Assembly: GCA_965208125.1 (NCBI GenBank)
Contig: OZ242320.1
Location: 1,088,001-1,152,000, forward strand
Source: Candidatus Latescibacterota bacterium
Lineage (GTDB): Bacteria > Latescibacterota > UBA2968
Reading direction: 5' to 3'
Length of the DNA stretch: 64,000 nucleotides
Positions 58,761 to 64,000 of this stretch are shown here, in pieces. A program made the translations under genes and the position numbers. How positions within the stretch are numbered: position 1 is the stretch's first letter; the number at the start of each line of letters is the position of its first letter. The notes under the pieces are model-generated. The model saw nothing but the letters and a program-made list of their open reading frames with translations. It ran no database searches and was not told where the DNA came from.

Positions 58761-59197
58761 ATTTCCACAACGAGATACGTCTCCTCCACCGTCACCTCAT
58801 ACGTCTCTGCCACATAGGGCCCCTTCACCAACCCCGCCATATCTCCCTCGCCCTCTATCTCTGCGCCCTGTGCAACTTCTACCTCATAGCTGCGCACGCG
58901 CACACTGGAAGGATCGACCCACGACTGCCCCGTCTTAATATCGTATTCCCATCCGTGCCATGGACACCGCAAAATTTCCCCCTTGCGCGTGTACTCGTAT
59001 TCTCCCGGCACTCTTGCCGTCACAAAACCCGACACCCGTCCCTTGCACAGCGCGCCCCCCTGATGCGGGCATCGATTCCTCAGGGCATAAAACTCGCCGT
59101 GAACATTAAACACCCCGATCTCCCGCCCCTCAATCGTCACCAACTTTCGCTCCCCTGGAGGGATCTCATCAACAGTTCCGATAATATGTTTCGCCAT
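58757..59197 (-). CDS. Rieske [2Fe-2S] ferredoxin
   Basis: CPHQG...CPWHGWEY. Confidence 0.92.
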   Translation of the reverse strand: MAKHIIGTVDEIPPGERKLVTIEGREIGVFNVHGEFYALRNRCPHQGGALCKGRVSGFVTARVPGEYEYTRKGEILRCPWHGWEYDIKTGQSWVDPSSVRVRSYEVEVAQGAEIEGEGDMAGLVKGPYVAETYEVTVEETYLVVEI

Positions 59198-59206
59198 AAC
59201 TCGTAC

Positions 59207-60298
59207 TCACGCCAACCGATACAACGCCCGCGCATTCTCCGCCAGAATATTGCGACGCACATCCTTATCCATACCCGAAGGCAACGCCACATCCGGCGCG
59301 TCAAAATCCCAGTGGGGATAATCCGTGGCAAACATCAACTTATCATTCATATCCATATGATCCATCATCTGGAAAAAATACTCGCGTTGTGGCGGTTCTT
59401 CCATAGGCTGCGTACTGATCCAGAAATGATCGCGGACATACTCCGACGGCAATCGCTTCAAATGCGGCAACTCCACCTTCAGCTTCTCATAACAACTATC
59501 CAGCCGCCACATCAATGCGGGCATCCACGCAAATCCCCCCTCAATCAAAACCACCTTCAAATCCGGAAACGCCTCAAACACGCCTTCATACACCAGACTC
59601 GTCACCTGTGCCTGAAATGCCGTGGGCATGCCACCGTGATCCTCAATATAATGCGACGGCTTGCCCGCGCCCGTAATCGGACCCGCGCCTGTACCGCCAA
59701 AATGAATCGCAATCGGAAACCCGTTTCTCACCGCAGCCTCATACACCTTCCAGTACTTGCGACTGCCCAGAGGTTCCATTGTCCGCACGACGAGAAGCAC
59801 CTGCACAAATCCCGGATGATCGCCCATGCGGTCAATCTCTGCCGCGGCCAACTCCCCATCTTCATAAGGCGCAATAACAGACCCGCGCAACCGGGGTTCG
59901 CGCCCGAGCCACGCATCGGCTTGCCAATCGTTCACAGCCTGCCCCATCGCCGCAGCATAACGCAAATTTTGTTGCCCACCCACGCCGATCAAAGGCGTCA
60001 AAATGCCGTAATCCATATCCCACTCATCCAGCAATTGCGCGCGCAAAAAATCCAGATCGGATCCCGGCGGTCCCGAAGGCGGCCATGCATCGTGGCGCGC
60101 GGCATTTGGCACAGCGCGGGGATACGCCGACCCGATGCGTCCACGACCACCAATGGTCCGGTGATAATCGTGCCATTCCTCCGCCAGATATTGAAACCAC
60201 ATATCTCCCGATTTCATAGTGACGTGAACATCGCAATCAATCACGGCTGTTTTCTCTCGCCTTTCTATACCCACCTCGGCTATCAGTGTATCAGCCAT
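59207..60298 (-). CDS. Amidohydrolase_2-fold protein, possibly a dinuclear-metal oxygenase
   Basis: DCDVH, AIH, LIEGG, QPMEE, ATDYPHWDFD. Confidence 0.85.
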   Translation of the reverse strand: MADTLIAEVGIERREKTAVIDCDVHVTMKSGDMWFQYLAEEWHDYHRTIGGRGRIGSAYPRAVPNAARHDAWPPSGPPGSDLDFLRAQLLDEWDMDYGILTPLIGVGGQQNLRYAAAMGQAVNDWQADAWLGREPRLRGSVIAPYEDGELAAAEIDRMGDHPGFVQVLLVVRTMEPLGSRKYWKVYEAAVRNGFPIAIHFGGTGAGPITGAGKPSHYIEDHGGMPTAFQAQVTSLVYEGVFEAFPDLKVVLIEGGFAWMPALMWRLDSCYEKLKVELPHLKRLPSEYVRDHFWISTQPMEEPPQREYFFQMMDHMDMNDKLMFATDYPHWDFDAPDVALPSGMDKDVRRNILAENARALYRLA

Positions 60299-60595
60299 CT
60301 CGTACCTCCTTAAAATTCAGGATGCTATTCAATCACATCATCAGAAGTATAACTCAACATATCGAGGAACGCAAACCCGATATGCGCTGTATCTGCATCA
60401 TTCGAAAGAAAGGAATTAAGAACTCCCCCTATCACCTTCTACTATTTCACCAAGCCGACCAATCAGATAAACCGGTATGTGGATCGCGTTTAGCCCTGAA
60501 GATGTCGTGAGTTTCCCCGGCATATCGAGATTGACGAGAACGCCCAGATTGCTCCCATGTCGCGCAGCGTATTCCGCCAGACCACCTCTTTCACA

Positions 60596-60624
60596 AATTT
60601 TTAGCTAAAAATTAGCTAAAAATT
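60596..60624. promoter_or_regulatory. Perfect 18-bp palindrome with 11-bp tandem duplication in a divergent promoter region
   Basis: AATTTTTAGCTAAAAATT (60596-60613); TTAGCTAAAAA twice (60601-60622). Confidence 0.55.
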
Positions 60625-60722
60625 GTAAAAATCCGGAACCACAATCGCTTAATCCAGGCCGGTATTCGCCTCGAAAAATTTACCTCTTGCCCACAAAGTG
60701 ATTTTTAAGTACCGTCTGAATA

Positions 60723-62627
60723 ATGAAACGAATCTATTTTCTCATTCCCTTACTCCTCTGTGGTTGTCTCGCACCCGACCCAGGGCACCGTGCAAAAACG
60801 GGTGAAGCAGCACAATCCAACGCGGCGATCCACGAAACGCGCGCACCCAGACAAATCGATCCAGAAATCCTGATCAACCGCACCTTTGGTGAAGCCCCCA
60901 TCCTCGCTGAAAAAGTTAAAAAAGGGGACCTTCCCCCCGTATCTGAACGCCTGCCCGAAAATCCACTCATCGTCGTCCCCATGGACACCATCGGACAATA
61001 CGGTGGCGTCTTGCGACGCGCACTCACAGGCGACATCATCCAAACAGCGGGAACCAACAAAACACTGAGCGAAAACCTCATGGGATTTTCGCGTCCCTTG
61101 CCCGACAGCATCGTACACAACCTCGCGGAAAGTTTTGAATTTCGCGACGAAGGTCGAACCGCAATCTTCAAAATCCGCAAAGGCATCAAATGGTCAGACG
61201 GCGTACCATTTACAGTTGACGACATATTGTTCTGGTACTACGACATGACCTTTGACGACAATGCCCGCCCCCACAACCAGCCCGTGCCTCCCTCTGTGTG
61301 GGTCGTCAATGGCAAACCCATTGACCTCAAAAAAATCGACGACCACACCCTTGAAGTCTCATCGTCCAAACCCCTCGGCCGCGTATTACACGCCCTGTGT
61401 TTAGACGTCATAGCACAGCCCAAACATCATCTATCACACCTGCACCCCCGCTACAATCCCGAAGCGACCTATGAAGAATTTCGAGAACAAGCGACCAATG
61501 CCATGGTCATCATGAAACCCGGCATGCCGCGCTTATCCGCATGGGTCCCCGTCGAATGGATTCGCGGTCAACGCATCGTCTATGCGCGCAATCCCTATTA
61601 CTGGAAAATCGACACAGCCGGCAATCAACTGCCATACGCGGACCGCATCGAATTTACCGTCATCCAGGACCCCCAGGTTATCCTGCTCAAATTTGTCAAC
61701 GGCGAACTCGACCTGTTTGGCCGTTACTCTCGCATCAACATGTTTCCCACACTGCGCACCGAAGAAAAAAAGGGCAAATTCAAATTGCGGATCACCGGTC
61801 CAGACCGCGGTCCCGCCTATTACCTCAATTGGGACACCCCAAAACCCGCCCTGCGAGAAGCCTTTCGCAACCGCGACGTACGCATAGCCCTGTCTTATGC
61901 GATCAACCGCGAAGAAATCAACCAGATCGTCTATCACGGCCTCCTCGATCCCGCGGGCTACTCCTTCGCGCCTTCTAACCCGCACTATTCAGAAGCCGCC
62001 TATCGCAAATACGCCAAATTCGACCTCGACAAAGCCCACGACCTCCTCGACAAAGCCGGATACCGCGACACAGACGGCGATGGTTGGCGCGAACTCAAAG
62101 ACGGATCGCGTTTTGAACTCAACATCGACGTCGTCCCCGGCGTCGGTGTCGATGTTTCCGAACTCGTCTCCGAACACTGGCGCGACATAGGCATCAAAGC
62201 CAACCTGAACATTTCCCTGCGCGACATTGTATGGCCCCGCCGCCTCAATGGCGAATTTGACATTCACCACTGGGGGCTCGAAGGACCCGCCGATCCCCTG
62301 GGCCGCCTCAATGACTGGGCAATCATGGCACCCACCGTCCCCTTCTGGCACCGCAACGCCTCCAAAGAAGGTCCCGCGTGGTTGCACGAAGCCACAACGC
62401 GCATTAAAAAAGTATTGACAACCGTAGATCCCATAGCCGTTCATGAACACATGACACAAGTGCGCGACCTTCACACTGACAACGTACCCGTTATCGTCGT
62501 CGGATCCGCGTACTCTATATGGGGCGCCAGCACGCGACTCGGCAATGTCCCCATGCAGGGCAGCGCCGCCGACGTACATCGCGGTTGGGGCCGCCCCGTA
62601 TTTCACGAACAGATATTTATAAAATAG
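60723..62627 (+). CDS. ABC transporter substrate-binding lipoprotein, family 5
   Basis: Lipobox LCGC; LPPVSERLP; KWSDGVPFTVDD; RNPYYWKID..GNQLPY; ALSYAINREEI. Confidence 0.92.
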   Translation: MKRIYFLIPLLLCGCLAPDPGHRAKTGEAAQSNAAIHETRAPRQIDPEILINRTFGEAPILAEKVKKGDLPPVSERLPENPLIVVPMDTIGQYGGVLRRALTGDIIQTAGTNKTLSENLMGFSRPLPDSIVHNLAESFEFRDEGRTAIFKIRKGIKWSDGVPFTVDDILFWYYDMTFDDNARPHNQPVPPSVWVVNGKPIDLKKIDDHTLEVSSSKPLGRVLHALCLDVIAQPKHHLSHLHPRYNPEATYEEFREQATNAMVIMKPGMPRLSAWVPVEWIRGQRIVYARNPYYWKIDTAGNQLPYADRIEFTVIQDPQVILLKFVNGELDLFGRYSRINMFPTLRTEEKKGKFKLRITGPDRGPAYYLNWDTPKPALREAFRNRDVRIALSYAINREEINQIVYHGLLDPAGYSFAPSNPHYSEAAYRKYAKFDLDKAHDLLDKAGYRDTDGDGWRELKDGSRFELNIDVVPGVGVDVSELVSEHWRDIGIKANLNISLRDIVWPRRLNGEFDIHHWGLEGPADPLGRLNDWAIMAPTVPFWHRNASKEGPAWLHEATTRIKKVLTTVDPIAVHEHMTQVRDLHTDNVPVIVVGSAYSIWGASTRLGNVPMQGSAADVHRGWGRPVFHEQIFIK

Positions 62628-62631
62628 CGAT

Positions 62632-63630
62632 ATGACCAACTACATCATCCGCCGTCTATTGCACATGATCCCCACGCTGATCCTGATCTCAATGGTCAGC
62701 TTTGTGGTCATTCAAGCACCGCCGGGCGATATGCTCACCTCTCGCCTCGCCGAATTGGCCGAACAGGGCGAACTCGGATCCGAAAGCGCGATGGCGCAAA
62801 TCGACGCCCTGCGCGAACGCTATGGCCTCAACGACCCGATCTATGTGCAATACATCCACTGGATCTGGAAAATCGTCAGCAAAGGCGACTTCGGGCAATC
62901 CTTCACCTACGAAATGGACGTGATGGAACTCCTGGCCGAACGACTGGGACTCACACTTACCCTCACACTCTCCACATTGATCTTCACCTGGATCGTCGCC
63001 ATACCCATTGGCATCTACTCTGCCACCCGACAGTATTCGATAGGCGATTACGGCTTTACCTTTCTCGGATTCATCGGCCTGGCCACGCCGAACTTTTTGC
63101 TGGCTCTGGTCATCATGTTCATTCAGGTCGCCGTCTTCGAAGCCGAATCCGTGGGCGGACTCCTCTCCCCCGAATACATAGGCGCTGCCTGGTCGTGGGC
63201 AAAATTTGTCGATCTCCTCAAACATATCTGGGTACCCATCATCGTCATCGGCACGGGCAGCACAGCGGGCATCATCCGCATTATGCGCGGCAACCTGCTC
63301 GACATACTCGGTCAACAGCACATTCAAACCGGCCGCGCCAAGGGCCTCAAAGAAGGCAAAGTCATCGTCAAATACGGCGTGCGCATCGCCATCAACCCCC
63401 TCGTCAGCCGCCTGGGCCTCGAACTGCCCAACCTGCTCTCTGGCGCCGTTGTCACCGGCATCGTACTCGGCCTGCCAACAGCCGGCCCCATTTTTCTCAC
63501 CGCACTCACATCTCAAGACATGTATCTGGCAGGTGCATTTCTGCTCCTGGCCGCCACTTTCTTGCTCATTGGCAATTTATTAGCCGATATTCTCCTGGCA
63601 TGGCTCGACCCGAGGATCCGCTATGAGTAG
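62632..63630 (+). CDS. Peptide ABC transporter permease (DppB/OppB)
   Basis: YIIRRLL, GDFGQSF, GRAKGL loop, LDPRIR. Confidence 0.92.
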   Translation: MTNYIIRRLLHMIPTLILISMVSFVVIQAPPGDMLTSRLAELAEQGELGSESAMAQIDALRERYGLNDPIYVQYIHWIWKIVSKGDFGQSFTYEMDVMELLAERLGLTLTLTLSTLIFTWIVAIPIGIYSATRQYSIGDYGFTFLGFIGLATPNFLLALVIMFIQVAVFEAESVGGLLSPEYIGAAWSWAKFVDLLKHIWVPIIVIGTGSTAGIIRIMRGNLLDILGQQHIQTGRAKGLKEGKVIVKYGVRIAINPLVSRLGLELPNLLSGAVVTGIVLGLPTAGPIFLTALTSQDMYLAGAFLLLAATFLLIGNLLADILLAWLDPRIRYE

Positions 63631-64000
63631 TTTCGTCGAAACACCTCCCGACGAGCGCGTGGAAGCCCTCGTTGAAGAAAACACAACCACCGCCACCTAT
63701 TCACAGCGCCAGCTCATCTGGCGGCGTTTCAAAAAACACCGCGCCGGCGTCATTGGTGGGTGCGTGGTCATCTTTCTCTACATCTGCGTCTTTCTGGGAG
63801 AATTTCTTGCCCCACACGACCCGGCGCATCGCTACTATAACTACGTACACCTGCCCGCCCAGCGCATCCACATATTCTCCCAAGACGGCATCCACTGGCC
63901 CTTTGTCTATGGCATCAAAAAATCTTTTGACCTGCAAACCGGTATCAAAACCTATACCGAAGACGCCTCTGTGCGCTATCCCGTGTACCCCTTTGCGCGA
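63623..64000 (+). CDS. Peptide ABC transporter permease (DppC/OppC), 3' end outside the window
   Basis: MSSFVE..SQRQLIWRRFKKHRAG..FLAPHDP; overlaps the upstream stop. Confidence 0.85.
   Translation, partial: MSSFVETPPDERVEALVEENTTTATYSQRQLIWRRFKKHRAGVIGGCVVIFLYICVFLGEFLAPHDPAHRYYNYVHLPAQRIHIFSQDGIHWPFVYGIKKSFDLQTGIKTYTEDASVRYPVYPFAR

Noticed and set aside
58955-60313. 452-aa plus-strand ORF
   Set aside because: Antisense to the well-supported amidohydrolase and Rieske genes.

Overview
Bacterial genomic window with about 50 genes. The gene repertoire (DUF1552/DUF1592 pair, DUF6785-type permeases, GWxTD protein, internalin-like LRR with an EF-hand/dockerin-like pair, several TIM-barrel sugar isomerases and PhyH dioxygenases, sulfatase, sialidase, M60 peptidase) suggests an FCB-group candidate-phylum organism, Latescibacterota/Gemmatimonadota-like and possibly host- or sponge-associated; this is inference only. 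Main blocks: (1) 3.5-17.3 kb, a SusD-less outer-membrane import locus: small beta-barrel, TonB-dependent receptor, secreted protein with a T9SS-like C-terminal domain, PorV/PorQ-like barrel, and two paralogous DUF6785 permeases flanking a TPR-GWxTD protein. (2) An apparently intact IS605 element (tnpA+tnpB, 18194-19975). Its ends and TTGAC target can be read directly, and it appears to have split the -35 box of an MNT-HEPN promoter. (3) Catabolic operons interspersed with orphaned or truncated toxin-antitoxin-like modules, plus a degenerate tRNA-Thr 3' half that may be an att site. (4) An LRR protein, GTAG-type REPs, a MITE, a two-component system, an amidohydrolase-Rieske operon with a frameshifted DapA-family gene, and a peptide ABC transporter cut by the window end. 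No CRISPR array or rRNA was seen. All family calls come from motif recognition by eye, not from database searches.
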